In this document: positions 8,752-19,411 of the stretch, in pieces
Layout: each line of letters begins with the position of its first letter
Position numbering within the stretch: the first letter of the stretch is position 1
Assembly (NCBI GenBank): GCA_965279515.1
Contig: CBDIID010000003.1
Span: forward strand, 4,000,001 to 4,064,000
Length of the DNA: 64,000 bases
DNA from: Turneriella sp.
GTDB lineage: Bacteria; Spirochaetota; Leptospiria; Turneriellales; Turneriellaceae
Reading direction: 5' to 3'
Made by a program: the position numbers and the translations under genes
The notes under the pieces: model-generated
The model's input: the letters and a program-made list of their open reading frames with translations, nothing else
Databases searched by the model: none
What the model was told of the DNA's origin: nothing

Positions 8752-10731
8752 ATGAGTAACCCAATCGACGCAAAAAAAGGCATCTATGAAATCGGCTGCG
8801 GTGTCTATGACGTAACCGGGCCGGCTGCCGAGGTCGGTATGATGGGTTTCGCCGATGTCGCGCAGACCACGCAGGGCATCTACATGCGCCTGTGGTCCCG
8901 CGCTTTTATTATCGGTGACGGCGAGCGCCGCGTGGTCTATGTCTGCGCCGACCTGTGTATGATCTACCAGGCCGTGAAGCAGGCTGTCGCCGCCCGTGTG
9001 GCGAAAGACAGTACCCTTTCAGAGTATTACAACGACAAGAACATCCTGCTGAGTGCGACGCATACACACTCGGGCCCGGGTGGCTATTCGCACCATTTCA
9101 TCTATAACCTGACAACGAAGGGATTTATCCCCCAGAACTTTGAAGCGATTGTCGAGGGGATTTATCAGTCGATCAAGCGCGCGCATGCGAACATCGTACC
9201 GGGTAAAATTTTTATCGCGCGCGGCGAAGTCGAGGGTTACGGCCTCAACCGTGCAACAAGGCCGTATGCCATGAACCCAGAGGCGGAACGCCAACGTTAT
9301 GGTTCCGATCTCGATAATGAAATGACTCTTCTTAAGCTGACTGCGCTGGATGGCCGGGAGCTGGGTATGATCAACTGGCTCGGTGTGCATCCCACATCGA
9401 TTGGCCCGTCGAATCGCCTGATCGGCGGCGACAATAAGGGTCTCGCGGAATATTGGTTCGAAAAAGATAAGGGGTCGGATTTTACGAAAACAAATCCCTT
9501 CATTGCCGCTTTTGCTTTAGGGCCTGCAGGAGATGTTTCGCCGAACCTCTGGGGCATCGCCGACGGCATACACGACTACGAGCATATGGAAATTATTGCA
9601 AAGAAAATGTATGATAAAGCGGTCGAACTCTATAACTCCGCCAGCGAACAGATCACCGGCCCCGTCGATTCACGCCACCGTTATACGGATTTCTCGCAGT
9701 TGCACATCGATGCCCTCGACGTCGATACCGTGCCCGCAGCGATGGGCGCGGCCTTTCTTGCCGGTTCGACCGAAGACAATGTTTCGCAGGTCACAGTATT
9801 CCATGAAGGGGTGACCGTGGATTCCTTGCAGGGCAATGAGCGCATCATCGCCAGTGTCGTTGACTCGGCATTCGGCGCGCTCTGGCCCAAAACGCTCGAT
9901 GAGAAATTCATCAAAGGCCACGCGCCCAAAAAGATTCTCGTGCCCACGGGCCTCGCGAGCTGGGATGGCAATCCGTGGACGCCGCAGATTTTGCCGGTGC
10001 AGGTATTCCGTATCGGCCAGTTCGCCATCGCGGCGCAACCCACTGAGATCACAACGATGGCCGGCCGCCGCGTGCGCGATACGGTCAAAAGCGCGCTGGC
10101 CCCGGCCGGTGTGACGCACGCGGTCGTCGCCTCGCATTCCAACGCCTATTCTTCGTATGTGACGACGCGTGAAGAGTATGCTGGCCAGGAATACGAAGGC
10201 GCGTCGACGCACTTCGGCCCCTATACGCTCGACGGTTTTCAGCAGGAGTTTCAGCGGCTCGGTGAGGCGCTCGCCTCGGGATCAGCCGTCGCGCAGGGTG
10301 TCTATCCCAGGGACTTTAAACTGACGCAGCTGACGCTGCAACCCGGCGTGGTCTATGACAATACTTCAGGCGGAAAAAAATTCGGCGACGTGCTTGTCGA
10401 TGCTGCCGCATCGTACAAAGCGGGCGACACCGTTGTTGCCGAATTTCAGTCGGCGCACCCGAAAAATGACCTGCTGACGATGGCAGACTATGCAATCGTG
10501 CAGAAAAAAATTAACGGTGCGTTTGAAAACATTCTCGGTGACCGCGACCCGCAGCTGACCTTCACCTGGCAACGCATCAAAGGCCCCGAATCCAAAGCCA
10601 TTCTGCGCTGGAACACCAAAGATGTCGCACCAGGAGAATACCGCCTTGTGCATCGCGGTGTATCCAAGGCGTTCTGGTTTGGCAGAAAGACGGCGTTCGA
10701 AGGCGTTTCGCGCGTCTTTAAAATCGATTAA
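8752..10731 (+). CDS. Neutral/alkaline ceramidase
   Basis: DVTGPAAEVGMMG, ATHTHSGPGG, VHPTS, GDNKG, GDVSPN, EITTMAGRR, YEGASTHFGP; C-terminal Ig-like domain. Confidence 0.92.
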   Translation: MSNPIDAKKGIYEIGCGVYDVTGPAAEVGMMGFADVAQTTQGIYMRLWSRAFIIGDGERRVVYVCADLCMIYQAVKQAVAARVAKDSTLSEYYNDKNILLSATHTHSGPGGYSHHFIYNLTTKGFIPQNFEAIVEGIYQSIKRAHANIVPGKIFIARGEVEGYGLNRATRPYAMNPEAERQRYGSDLDNEMTLLKLTALDGRELGMINWLGVHPTSIGPSNRLIGGDNKGLAEYWFEKDKGSDFTKTNPFIAAFALGPAGDVSPNLWGIADGIHDYEHMEIIAKKMYDKAVELYNSASEQITGPVDSRHRYTDFSQLHIDALDVDTVPAAMGAAFLAGSTEDNVSQVTVFHEGVTVDSLQGNERIIASVVDSAFGALWPKTLDEKFIKGHAPKKILVPTGLASWDGNPWTPQILPVQVFRIGQFAIAAQPTEITTMAGRRVRDTVKSALAPAGVTHAVVASHSNAYSSYVTTREEYAGQEYEGASTHFGPYTLDGFQQEFQRLGEALASGSAVAQGVYPRDFKLTQLTLQPGVVYDNTSGGKKFGDVLVDAAASYKAGDTVVAEFQSAHPKNDLLTMADYAIVQKKINGAFENILGDRDPQLTFTWQRIKGPESKAILRWNTKDVAPGEYRLVHRGVSKAFWFGRKTAFEGVSRVFKID

Positions 10732-12158
10732 ATATTGTTGCAGACGCCGCTGTTGCGGCACTTGCGCAAGTCCATGATGGCTTTTTCGTTCACCAGCGCC
10801 ATTGAGGCGGCGCCGTTCTGCATCGAATAGCGGATAAAATTTTCCCATACAGTCTGGTTTGAAGTTGTCATTTTATCGTAACCCGCGCGGAAGCGTATAT
10901 GATAAGTGAGGAAGGTCTGTTCGAGAATCAGTTTTGCGACATTGCCAACGGGCGTGGTGTACCGATTCTGCCTTGAGTTCGCATACGCTTGCGTGTTCAG
11001 ATAGTTCTCATAATTTTGGGAGGGGTTCGATCCGCCGATTTGCCGTTTACCATAGTGGTCTTCATTGAAACTCTCTATATCGGTGTGGTTGTACCCCGTT
11101 GACACCCAGACATGCGTCATCTGAGTCACGTCGCCCGTGTAATGGTGAGTCAGCGCATAATAAAGTATCTGGTCGCCCGTCACTGTATAATAGCGACCCA
11201 CAATCTGGCTTGTTTGCAAGCTGTCGTTGCGGCTGTTGAGGCCTTCGAGCCAGGCTTCATTGTAATAGAACGTGGCGGCGTTATAAGAAGGTTCCCAGAT
11301 GACCCAATCTTCATTCCCTGTAAAAAAGCTTAGCACATTTCCGCTCGCACCACCTGGTCTGGTGTTGGGAATCTGGTAAGTTCCGCCATGTTCAGTGCCA
11401 ATATCGGGACATGGAAACAACACGGCGCTATCGCTCATGCAGTTGTAGTTCGTGCCGTTATCCAGACCCAGTTGTTTCGATCCATGTGGAGATCCCACAG
11501 GGGTTGTGGAGCCGTTCTGCCGGTAATCCAGAACCGGGTTTGTATTCATTCCGGCTGCGGCCGACTGCCATTCCGCGCATGTTGAATCCGTGCAACCACT
11601 GATATTGATCGTGACGCTGGCATTACCGAGAGCCAGGGCAATCAGTGAATCGAGGGAGCCGAACTCCTGAAAACCGTACGTGCTGTTATACGAATAGCCG
11701 TCTATTATGTTATGGTTGTTGGTAATCAGTGGATCGCCATTTGCGGTAGTTGTTTTCAGGTTGATGAAGTGCGTGTAAGAAGTGAAGTTATTTCCCAGAA
11801 TTGGATCTTCCCAGGCGTAGAAAAGCGGATGGTCCAGAAAAGTATCGCGGAAGTAGTCGACTTTATCCGCGCCGACACGGTGGATGCCGATCGAACCGCA
11901 TTGCGTGTTGTCACCCCGGCCCATTTTCGATGGTGGATAATTCATGTTAACACAAGTACCTGAGTAACGGCCACCGGCCTTTGCCTTGGCAAAATCGGCC
12001 GCCCAGCGCATTTGGTTGGTGCCCTGAAACTCCATATAGAGTACTGATTCTTCTGGAATATTCTGGTGCACGTCGACGGACCACGGAAACGCAGCCGAAC
12101 CGGAGAGACATAAAACCCCGATGAGTAAATGCTGGAGTTGCAGGGAAACTGAGCGCAT
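10728..12158 (-). CDS. Secreted zinc-dependent phospholipase C / P1-nuclease-fold protein
   Basis: Signal peptide ending just before W-x4-H (WSVDVH); HYTGDxxxxxH and HxxxE motifs match the tri-zinc PLC/S1-P1 pattern. Confidence 0.6.
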   Translation of the reverse strand: MRSVSLQLQHLLIGVLCLSGSAAFPWSVDVHQNIPEESVLYMEFQGTNQMRWAADFAKAKAGGRYSGTCVNMNYPPSKMGRGDNTQCGSIGIHRVGADKVDYFRDTFLDHPLFYAWEDPILGNNFTSYTHFINLKTTTANGDPLITNNHNIIDGYSYNSTYGFQEFGSLDSLIALALGNASVTINISGCTDSTCAEWQSAAAGMNTNPVLDYRQNGSTTPVGSPHGSKQLGLDNGTNYNCMSDSAVLFPCPDIGTEHGGTYQIPNTRPGGASGNVLSFFTGNEDWVIWEPSYNAATFYYNEAWLEGLNSRNDSLQTSQIVGRYYTVTGDQILYYALTHHYTGDVTQMTHVWVSTGYNHTDIESFNEDHYGKRQIGGSNPSQNYENYLNTQAYANSRQNRYTTPVGNVAKLILEQTFLTYHIRFRAGYDKMTTSNQTVWENFIRYSMQNGAASMALVNEKAIMDLRKCRNSGVCNNI

Positions 12159-12201
12159 AGCCCTCAGCTTATATGGTTATTTGATGAACAACTGTGCCAG
12201 T

Positions 12202-12435
12202 TTAACCGTGAACAAGTGTTTTTATTCTTTGAAGGGAGCCGTTTCGGACGGATGTTTTCTGTTCGGTTGGCAGGCCCGGCCAGGCTTTCTTCTCGCTCCG
12301 CGTCAGGCCGCAGGCGCGGCAAAAGGGATGCCCCATTTTGTAAGAGCAGACTTCGATACAGGGGGAATCCCATGTACCCTTTAGCTTTTGTTTAAGCGTG
12401 TGCGCGAGCGACAGCTGCTTTTCCATACCCTGCAT
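12202..12435 (-). CDS. DUF1289-family small Cys-rich protein
   Basis: SPCIEVC...FCRACGLT..E...W motif. Confidence 0.8.
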   Translation of the reverse strand: MQGMEKQLSLAHTLKQKLKGTWDSPCIEVCSYKMGHPFCRACGLTRSEKKAWPGLPTEQKTSVRNGSLQRIKTLVHG

Positions 12436-12466
12436 GGAAGACGCAGGGGCTGGAAAATTAGTGCAA

Positions 12467-14401
12467 TTATTTGTAACTGCGCTGTGTCAGGTGCACCACG
12501 TCGAACTTCAGTTCTTCTTTATGGAGTTCCTGTGGCTGGTTTTCGCCTTTGTATTCCCAGGCACCGACATACGCAAAATTCGAATCGTCGCGCTTTGCTT
12601 CGCCTTCTTCTGTCTGGTATTCTTCACGGAAATGGCCGCCGCACGATTCGTTGCGGTTCAGCGCATCACGCGCCATGAGTTCACCTAAACCAATAAAATC
12701 TTTCACGCGGCCGGCTTTCTCCAGCGACTCGTTGATGCTTGCAGCTGAGCCCGGGACATTGACGTCCTTGTTGAAATCTTCTTTAATTTGCTGGATTTCC
12801 GCGATGGCCTTTTTGAGGCCCGCTTCGGTGCGGCCCATGCCGACGTGTTCCCACATCACGTGACCGAGATGTTTGTGGATCTGGTCGACGGTTTTTTTGC
12901 CCTTGGTGGAGAGCATCTGTGATGTCTCATTTTTAACATTTTGTTCCGCTTCTTCGAATTCTTTGCCTGCGGTCGAAGGGCGGTCAAAACCGACACCGGC
13001 GAGATAATCACCGATCGTCGCCGGCAACACAAAATAACCGTCGGCAAGGCCCTGCATCAGCGCCGAGGCGCCGAGGCGGTTCGCGCCGTGGTCAGAGAAG
13101 TTCGCTTCGCCGCCGACATACAGGCCGGGGATTGTCGACATCAGGTTATAATCTACCCACAGGCCGCCCATGGTATAGTGAACCGCGGGATAAATTTTCA
13201 TCGGCATCTTATAAGGATTTTCACCGCTGATTTTCTCGTACATCTCGAAGAGATTACCGTAACGCTCGGCGATGGTGTGCTCGCCGAGGCGATCGATCGC
13301 CGCTTTGAAGTCGAGAAAAACCGAGAGGCCGGTGGCGTTGACGCCGAAGCCGTGGTCGCAGCGTTCTTTAGCCGCGCGCGAAGCCACGTCGCGTGGCACA
13401 AGGTTACCGAATGACGGGTAACGGCGCTCGAGAAAATAATCGCGCGCGTCTTCAGGAATTTCCTTCGCTGTAATTTCGCCGCGCTGGAGCTTTTCGGACA
13501 CAGCCTTATCTTTCGGCACCCAGACGCGTCCGTCGTTGCGGAGCGATTCACTCATCAGCGTCAGCTTCGACTGGTAGTCGCCGCTTGTGGGTATACAGGT
13601 CGGATGGATCTGCGTGTAGCAGGGGTTGGCGAACAGGGCGCCGCGCTTGTGCGCGCGCCATGATGCAGTTACATTGGAATACATCGCATTGGTCGAAAGG
13701 AAATAAACGTTACCATAACCACCGGTGGCAAGAATCACGGCATGCGCGGCGTGGCGTTTGACTTCGCCGGTAACCAGGTTACGCGTGATGATGCCCTTGG
13801 CATGGCCGTTGACGACAACCACGTCGAGCATCTCGTGGCGGTTGTGCATCTTGACGGTGCCTTCGTGGATCTGGCGGTTGAGTGCGCTGTAAGCGCCGAG
13901 CAGAAGCTGCTGGCCGGTCTGGCCCTTCGCGTAAAACGTACGCGAAACCTGCGCGCCGCCGAACGAACGGTTGTCGAGCATGCCGCCATACTCACGCGCA
14001 AAGGGTACACCCTGTGCAACGGCCTGGTCGATGATATTGACGGAAAGTTCGGCGAGGCGGTAGACATTGCCTTCGCGTGCGCGGTAGTCGCCGCCTTTGA
14101 TCGTGTCATAGAAAAGCCTGTAGACTGAATCGCCGTCGTTGTGATAGTTCTTTGCCGCGTTGATCCCACCCTGTGCAGCAATCGAGTGCGCACGGCGCGG
14201 GCTATCGTGGAAGGAGAAGGCGTGCACGTTATAGCCGAGTTCGCCGAGCGAGGCGGCAGCGGCAGCACCGGCAAGACCTGTGCCGACGACGATCACGTCG
14301 AGTTTACGTTTGTTGGCAGGGTTAACGAGTTTGAGTTTCGCTTTATAGTCGCGCCACTTGGTTTCCAGTGGGCCTTCGGGAATCTTCGAGTCGAGTTTCA
14401 T
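12467..14401 (-). CDS. sdhA: Succinate dehydrogenase/fumarate reductase flavoprotein subunit
   Basis: [47 protein letters not shown]. Confidence 0.96.
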   Translation of the reverse strand: MKLDSKIPEGPLETKWRDYKAKLKLVNPANKRKLDVIVVGTGLAGAAAAASLGELGYNVHAFSFHDSPRRAHSIAAQGGINAAKNYHNDGDSVYRLFYDTIKGGDYRAREGNVYRLAELSVNIIDQAVAQGVPFAREYGGMLDNRSFGGAQVSRTFYAKGQTGQQLLLGAYSALNRQIHEGTVKMHNRHEMLDVVVVNGHAKGIITRNLVTGEVKRHAAHAVILATGGYGNVYFLSTNAMYSNVTASWRAHKRGALFANPCYTQIHPTCIPTSGDYQSKLTLMSESLRNDGRVWVPKDKAVSEKLQRGEITAKEIPEDARDYFLERRYPSFGNLVPRDVASRAAKERCDHGFGVNATGLSVFLDFKAAIDRLGEHTIAERYGNLFEMYEKISGENPYKMPMKIYPAVHYTMGGLWVDYNLMSTIPGLYVGGEANFSDHGANRLGASALMQGLADGYFVLPATIGDYLAGVGFDRPSTAGKEFEEAEQNVKNETSQMLSTKGKKTVDQIHKHLGHVMWEHVGMGRTEAGLKKAIAEIQQIKEDFNKDVNVPGSAASINESLEKAGRVKDFIGLGELMARDALNRNESCGGHFREEYQTEEGEAKRDDSNFAYVGAWEYKGENQPQELHKEELKFDVVHLTQRSYK

Positions 14402-14538
14402 CTGTATTGACGGAGTTTTGGGTCAAGTTAGGGAGTAAACGGATTTTAAGTTTGTGAGTCTGCTAATTTGCAAGGAAGCTCTCAAATAGAGCCGCATCCG
14501 GACTTAAATCCGGAGATATCCGTCTTGTTATGCGATTT

Positions 14539-14580
14539 TTGATCGAATCAGCACATGCATTGATCGGGTAGGAGCAAGAG
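14539..14580 (+). promoter_or_regulatory. Putative AraC-type tandem operator
   Basis: TTGATCG direct repeat at 14539 and 14560 (21-bp period), upstream of the ybcL-like gene and its AraC neighbour. Confidence 0.4.
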
Positions 14581-14664
14581 GCATATTTTTTTAGGATAAC
14601 TTCCGTGACGGGGCAGGAAAAAACCGTATTTTTAGTATTACTAAACTAAGAACTTGGAGGTTCT

Positions 14665-15222
14665 ATGAAAATAACATTGATTTGCAAACGCTTGCTCCTT
14701 GGTGGAGCTTTACTTTTGGCCGGAACGGTGCACGCCGCAGAACTGAAGGTCAAAAGCAAGACATTACGGGAGGGTGCAACGATTGCGAATTTACATCTGT
14801 TTTCTGGTTTTGGCTGCTCTGGAGAAAATGTCTCTCCCGGTCTGCAGTGGTCCGGAGCTCCGGAAAACACCAAGTTTTTTGCCGTAACCGTTTACGATCC
14901 CGACGCTCCGACAGGAAGTGGGTTTTGGCATTGGACAATTTTCAATATTCCCGGAGATGCCACCGGCCTCGAGGAAAGGGCGGGTAGCGAAAAGGGCGTT
15001 CTGCCTTCCGGAGCCATTCAAGGTCGAACGGATTTTGGGAAACCAGGTTATGGAGGTCCGTGTCCGCCATCTGGAAGCAAGCCGCATCGTTACGTATTCA
15101 AGGTATTTGCTTTGAAAGATAAAGTACCGCTCGACTCAGAAGCTTCCGGGGCCCTCGTAGGGTTTTATCTGAATGCCTTAAAAGTGGCTGAAGGTAAAAT
15201 CACCGCAAAATACGCACGCTGA
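14665..15222 (+). CDS. YbhB/YbcL family Raf-kinase-inhibitor-like (PEBP) exported protein
   Basis: Signal peptide; GFGCSGEN.SP.L.W, YDPDAPTGSGFWHW, YGGPCPP...HRYVF. Confidence 0.93.
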   Translation: MKITLICKRLLLGGALLLAGTVHAAELKVKSKTLREGATIANLHLFSGFGCSGENVSPGLQWSGAPENTKFFAVTVYDPDAPTGSGFWHWTIFNIPGDATGLEERAGSEKGVLPSGAIQGRTDFGKPGYGGPCPPSGSKPHRYVFKVFALKDKVPLDSEASGALVGFYLNALKVAEGKITAKYAR

Positions 15223-15231
15223 TTCAAAAAA

Positions 15232-15269
15232 AGATACCACAGATATCTTTTTTGATCTTTGTGGTATCT
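15232..15269. terminator. Intergenic hairpin, possible terminator
   Basis: AGATACCACA...TGTGGTATCT inverted repeat next to an A-run, just after the ybcL-like stop. Confidence 0.45.
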
Positions 15270-15377
15270 GCGGAACTGCTTAAAAACAAACTTTACATCC
15301 GGAAATGACTTGTGCCACACTTTGCCCATGCAGCCCTTGAAATTTGAGCCTTTCACGAACTGCCCGGGTAGGGTGTC

Positions 15378-16208
15378 ATGAAAAAAAGAATCATAGCCGT
15401 AAGAGAAGGTATGGGAACGACAGCTCAGGTGTTGCAAAAAGAAGAGCTTCTCTTTCCTCAGCTTTTCGCCGACCTGCCAACTTTGATAATCGTGACGAAG
15501 GGAGATAAAATACTTCGTACTAAGGAACATGAATACACCATAAAAGCGGGCGAGGCCGTCGCAATTGCCGGGAATCAAACCTTCGATGTGATAAACCGCC
15601 CTCAAATGGGAGATTTCGAATGCTTTTGGATTGCCTTTCATCAGAAATTATTGCGCAACCACAATTGCACCAGATTTGAACTAACCGCAATGAGAACCAT
15701 TTCGTGCTTGGTTCGTTTGAATCCCGGGTTCGAAGCGTCGTTTCATAGTGCAAGGGAATCTATCTCGCGCGTCGATGAAATACCAGACTCGATTGCTATT
15801 CATAAATTGCAGGAAGTCTTGTTTTGGTTAGAAGAAATGGGAATCCGTTTTGGCCTGTCTGAACCGCTGGGTATGGCGCAAAAAGTGCGCTCTCTTGTAA
15901 GTTCGCAGCTTGCAATGGATTGGTCGGCCACTCAGGTGGCTGGGCAATTAAGGGTGAGTGAAGCGACATTGCGCAGAAAATTGGCGGCCGAGCGTATTTC
16001 TTTTTCTGAAATCCTGATTGATGCGCGCATGTCTCACGCTCTTTCCCTGTTGCAGGCTACAGATCTGACTATTCGAGATATCGCGAAAGAAGTCGGGTAT
16101 GAATCGTCTTCGCGTTTCGCGATGCGTTTCCGGGACCGTTTCGGTAATTCTCCGAATTTATTGAGAAAAGAAAATCACCAGGATCAAGACCGGGCGGCAA
16201 AAGCGTAG
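15378..16208 (+). CDS. AraC family transcriptional regulator (YbcM-like)
   Basis: SEATLRRKL..E, RM..A..LL, IA..VGY.S.SRFA.RFR.RFG.SP. Confidence 0.92.
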   Translation: MKKRIIAVREGMGTTAQVLQKEELLFPQLFADLPTLIIVTKGDKILRTKEHEYTIKAGEAVAIAGNQTFDVINRPQMGDFECFWIAFHQKLLRNHNCTRFELTAMRTISCLVRLNPGFEASFHSARESISRVDEIPDSIAIHKLQEVLFWLEEMGIRFGLSEPLGMAQKVRSLVSSQLAMDWSATQVAGQLRVSEATLRRKLAAERISFSEILIDARMSHALSLLQATDLTIRDIAKEVGYESSSRFAMRFRDRFGNSPNLLRKENHQDQDRAAKA

Positions 16209-16486
16209 CCGGCTCTCGACAAGGCCATATTAGGGCTGCCCTACCATGTTTGTTCGCAAGCAAGTCATAGATTTCCGGAATCTTTTATGGCCTTTTACAA
16301 CCGGTAGCAGTCATAAGGCGAATGCCGTGCAACAGCGATCGGTTCGAGTTTAAGCATGCTGCAACACTAATAAGTGCCCGTTTGAAAGCACGCCTGAGCT
16401 GCTTGGTCCAGGGTTGCGCCTTTTCCCCAGTTCCGTGCTCATAATGATTTACGTCCTACCGGTTCGCCAAGCGGCATCCCGAAGTC

Positions 16487-18211
16487 ATGTTTGCCGAGCT
16501 AAAAGAGTCTATTATTGGACGGAAGATCGGTAACACCCGGGTTATTCCCGTTACCAGTAAAATTCTCTTCATCTTTATTCTCATCATCCTGGTTTCCAAT
16601 CTTGCCTCAAATTACATCAACCTGATGTTCAACCGCACGGAACTCATCAGCCAGATGAAAGACCTGTTGGGAAAAGACCTGCGCGACATCTATACCTTCT
16701 GCAACAATCAGTTTGAAATTTTCCAGCTGACGCGGGACGAGAAAAAGTCCCTGGAGTCGATTAAGCTCAAAGGTGCTGCGCAGCTGAAAAACTCGCGCGC
16801 CGTTGTTTTTGGACTCAAGCGTGACCAGAAGTACTTTTTTACGGCCAGCAAAATGGCACAGGTCGAAAAGTTTACCGACACGACATCCCTGGAATTCATG
16901 GAGAAAAACCGGGCCCAGGGATCGGACGAAGGTTTTTTACCGATGCAGATTAACCGGCACGAGTATTTCGCCGCATACAAATATAATCCCAAATGGGAGA
17001 TGTACCTCGTCCGCGCCGAAGAAGAAAATGAGTTTTACCAGAAACAACGCGAAATTTTCCGCAACGTCAGTATTATTATCGCCGTCATCACGCTGCTCAG
17101 CGCGATTGTCGGCACGATTTTGCTGCGCCGTATTCTGAAATACGTGCGCATGCTCACGCGCAGTATTATGCGCATGGCCGAAACGCAGCAACTCGAGATC
17201 GTAGACCTCAAGCATGCGCCGAACGACGACATCACCTATCTTGGCATGGCGTTCAATTCGCTTTCGAGTACCGTAAATAACCTCATCAGTATTTTTCGTA
17301 AATTCGCCAACCAGGACATCGTCATCAAGGCTTACCGCGACCGCGAGGTCAAACTCGAGGGCGTGCAGAAGAACCTGACGATCATGTTCTCAGACATCAA
17401 GAGTTTTACCTTTATCACCGAGACTTTGGGCACCGATATTATCCGCCTCTTAAACCTGCACTATGACAAGGCAATCCGTGAAATTGTCGATCACGACGGC
17501 ATCATCGGCGCAATCATCGGCGATGCGCTGCTCGCGGTGTTCGGCGCGATGGATGACATGGCAGACGAGCATGCGAACAAGTCATTGCAGGCTGTTCTTG
17601 CGGGCTATAAAATGCAACAAGTCGCCGAAGAACTCCGCGACGAAATGACGGCCAAGCGCGACACTATTTTAAAGAAAAAGGGTAAATTGACGCCTGAAGA
17701 AGAGCGTGTCTATAAGGCGGTACTACTCGAAGTCGGCGTCGGTATCGATGGCGGCGAGGTGTTCTATGGTACCCTGGGCTCGCATGTGCGGATGACCAAC
17801 ACGGTGATCGGCGACAACGTCAATGCGGCCTCCCGGCTCGAGGGTCTGACGCGTGTCTATAAGGTGCCGGTCATCTGCTCGCAGTTTGTGAAGAATGATA
17901 TCGAAGAGAATGCCGGCAGCGATGGCGAAAAAATTTATTTCCAGGAACTCGATACGGTGCAGGTAAAGGGCAAGACTACGGGCACGCACATCTACTGGCC
18001 CGTGCCCAAGGCCGAGATGGAATCCGGCATGGAAAAACAACTCGCTTCTTTCTCGCGCGGCCTCAAGCTCTACTACAAAGGCGACTGGCCGGGTGCTTAT
18101 AAAGAGTTTTCGAAGAATAAACTCAAGGTCGCGCGTGTATTCGAAGAACGCACCTACCGCAGCAAAGCACCCTCAAAATGGAACGGCATATGGGAAATGA
18201 AAACAAAGTAA
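16487..18211 (+). CDS. Membrane class III nucleotide cyclase (2 TM + extracytoplasmic + HAMP-like + cyclase domain)
   Basis: MFSDIKSFT, IIGDA, GVGIDGG, TVIGDNVNAASRLEGL. Confidence 0.9.
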   Translation: MFAELKESIIGRKIGNTRVIPVTSKILFIFILIILVSNLASNYINLMFNRTELISQMKDLLGKDLRDIYTFCNNQFEIFQLTRDEKKSLESIKLKGAAQLKNSRAVVFGLKRDQKYFFTASKMAQVEKFTDTTSLEFMEKNRAQGSDEGFLPMQINRHEYFAAYKYNPKWEMYLVRAEEENEFYQKQREIFRNVSIIIAVITLLSAIVGTILLRRILKYVRMLTRSIMRMAETQQLEIVDLKHAPNDDITYLGMAFNSLSSTVNNLISIFRKFANQDIVIKAYRDREVKLEGVQKNLTIMFSDIKSFTFITETLGTDIIRLLNLHYDKAIREIVDHDGIIGAIIGDALLAVFGAMDDMADEHANKSLQAVLAGYKMQQVAEELRDEMTAKRDTILKKKGKLTPEEERVYKAVLLEVGVGIDGGEVFYGTLGSHVRMTNTVIGDNVNAASRLEGLTRVYKVPVICSQFVKNDIEENAGSDGEKIYFQELDTVQVKGKTTGTHIYWPVPKAEMESGMEKQLASFSRGLKLYYKGDWPGAYKEFSKNKLKVARVFEERTYRSKAPSKWNGIWEMKTK

Positions 18212-19410
18212 ACCGTAATCTCACAGAGATCAAATCCCGCTTTCTGCCGGCGGATATCGATGACCCGAATGCGCGCAACGAAGTCTATGCGCTCGACAAG
18301 GAATTTGCTGCCGCCGCCAAGAACCGTTCGTGGGCATTTTATCTCATTATCTTCGGTTTTCTTGCCGCGATCGTCGGCGCGACATTTGTCATAACGCAGC
18401 TCGTGCAGGGCAAGCACAACAAGGTTGAGCTCGCGATTGTGGAGTTTGAAGAAATCAAACTCAAAGACATCCTGAGCGCAACGCGCAACGATGAAAAGAA
18501 TCTCGAGATCGCACGCCGTGAACTCGAGTCTTTGCGCTCGAAGTACCGCGAGGTGCTGGCTGAACTCAAGGCGCGTAAGGCGGGCGAAAACGAAGTGGCC
18601 TCAGTGCGCGCGGATTATAACGGAAAAATCTCCGTGCAGCAGAAGACCGTCGCCGACTATGAGGCGAAGGTTAATAAACGGCACCGTGAGATGAGCGAGG
18701 GTGTAAGCAAGGCCGAGAATATTCTCAGTAACCACGAACGTCTCATGAAACTGCGCCTCGATAAGCAGCAGGGTGAGTATGAGAAGAAAATCGCCGATCT
18801 GATTTTAAGGTTTAATCCCAATTTTAGCGAATCGGAACTGCGCAGCCTGGTCGCCCGCGAGCGTGTTACGGCACCGGTGAAACAACCGGTTTTGGCGCCG
18901 CTGGCACCGGAACTCACGAAAGAGAAAATTATTCCCAAAGACAAGTTCGACCGGCTGCGCGCCGAGCAGGCGGAGGAACGCCGCCTGGTTGCGCGCCTCA
19001 GGCAAGTGCCGTATATTAACTCGGTTGCTCCCGCGCTCACGGGTATCGAGCGGCGAAACGCGGAAATCACAGGCCAGTATGAAACGATCATCGCCGAGCT
19101 GACGAAAGCCATCCGCCGCAAGAACGAGGTCATCGGCAACTACCGTTCGGGGCTTAAGGAACTCACAGACCGTGAGCGCGAGTATGGCTATATCATCGAC
19201 GCGCGCAATAAGACAAAGATGCGGGTTTACCTCAACCCTTCGTTGCGCGCGAAGCCGGGCCTGAGGGCGAATATCTTCCGCAAAGACGATGAATACATCG
19301 CCGACATTGAAATCTTTTTTGATAATGAAGGCCCATGCGCCAAGGTCGTCAGGATTGCCGACGGTAAAAGCATCGGCGCATTCGATAAAATCTATCTCGA
19401 GGACAGATAA
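18190..19410 (+). CDS. Hypothetical single-pass membrane coiled-coil protein
   Basis: One TM helix, long heptad-rich region, C-terminal beta domain; overlaps the cyclase 3' end (alternative start 18178). Confidence 0.8.
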   Translation: MGNENKVNRNLTEIKSRFLPADIDDPNARNEVYALDKEFAAAAKNRSWAFYLIIFGFLAAIVGATFVITQLVQGKHNKVELAIVEFEEIKLKDILSATRNDEKNLEIARRELESLRSKYREVLAELKARKAGENEVASVRADYNGKISVQQKTVADYEAKVNKRHREMSEGVSKAENILSNHERLMKLRLDKQQGEYEKKIADLILRFNPNFSESELRSLVARERVTAPVKQPVLAPLAPELTKEKIIPKDKFDRLRAEQAEERRLVARLRQVPYINSVAPALTGIERRNAEITGQYETIIAELTKAIRRKNEVIGNYRSGLKELTDREREYGYIIDARNKTKMRVYLNPSLRAKPGLRANIFRKDDEYIADIEIFFDNEGPCAKVVRIADGKSIGAFDKIYLEDR

Positions 19411-19411
19411 C

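Noticed and set aside
17501..17523. ATCATCGGCG tandem duplication in the cyclase gene as a mutational cause of the lost Lys
   Set aside because: Motif spacing is unchanged relative to canonical cyclases, so the repeat is explained by two IIG codon runs; homologs would be needed to say more
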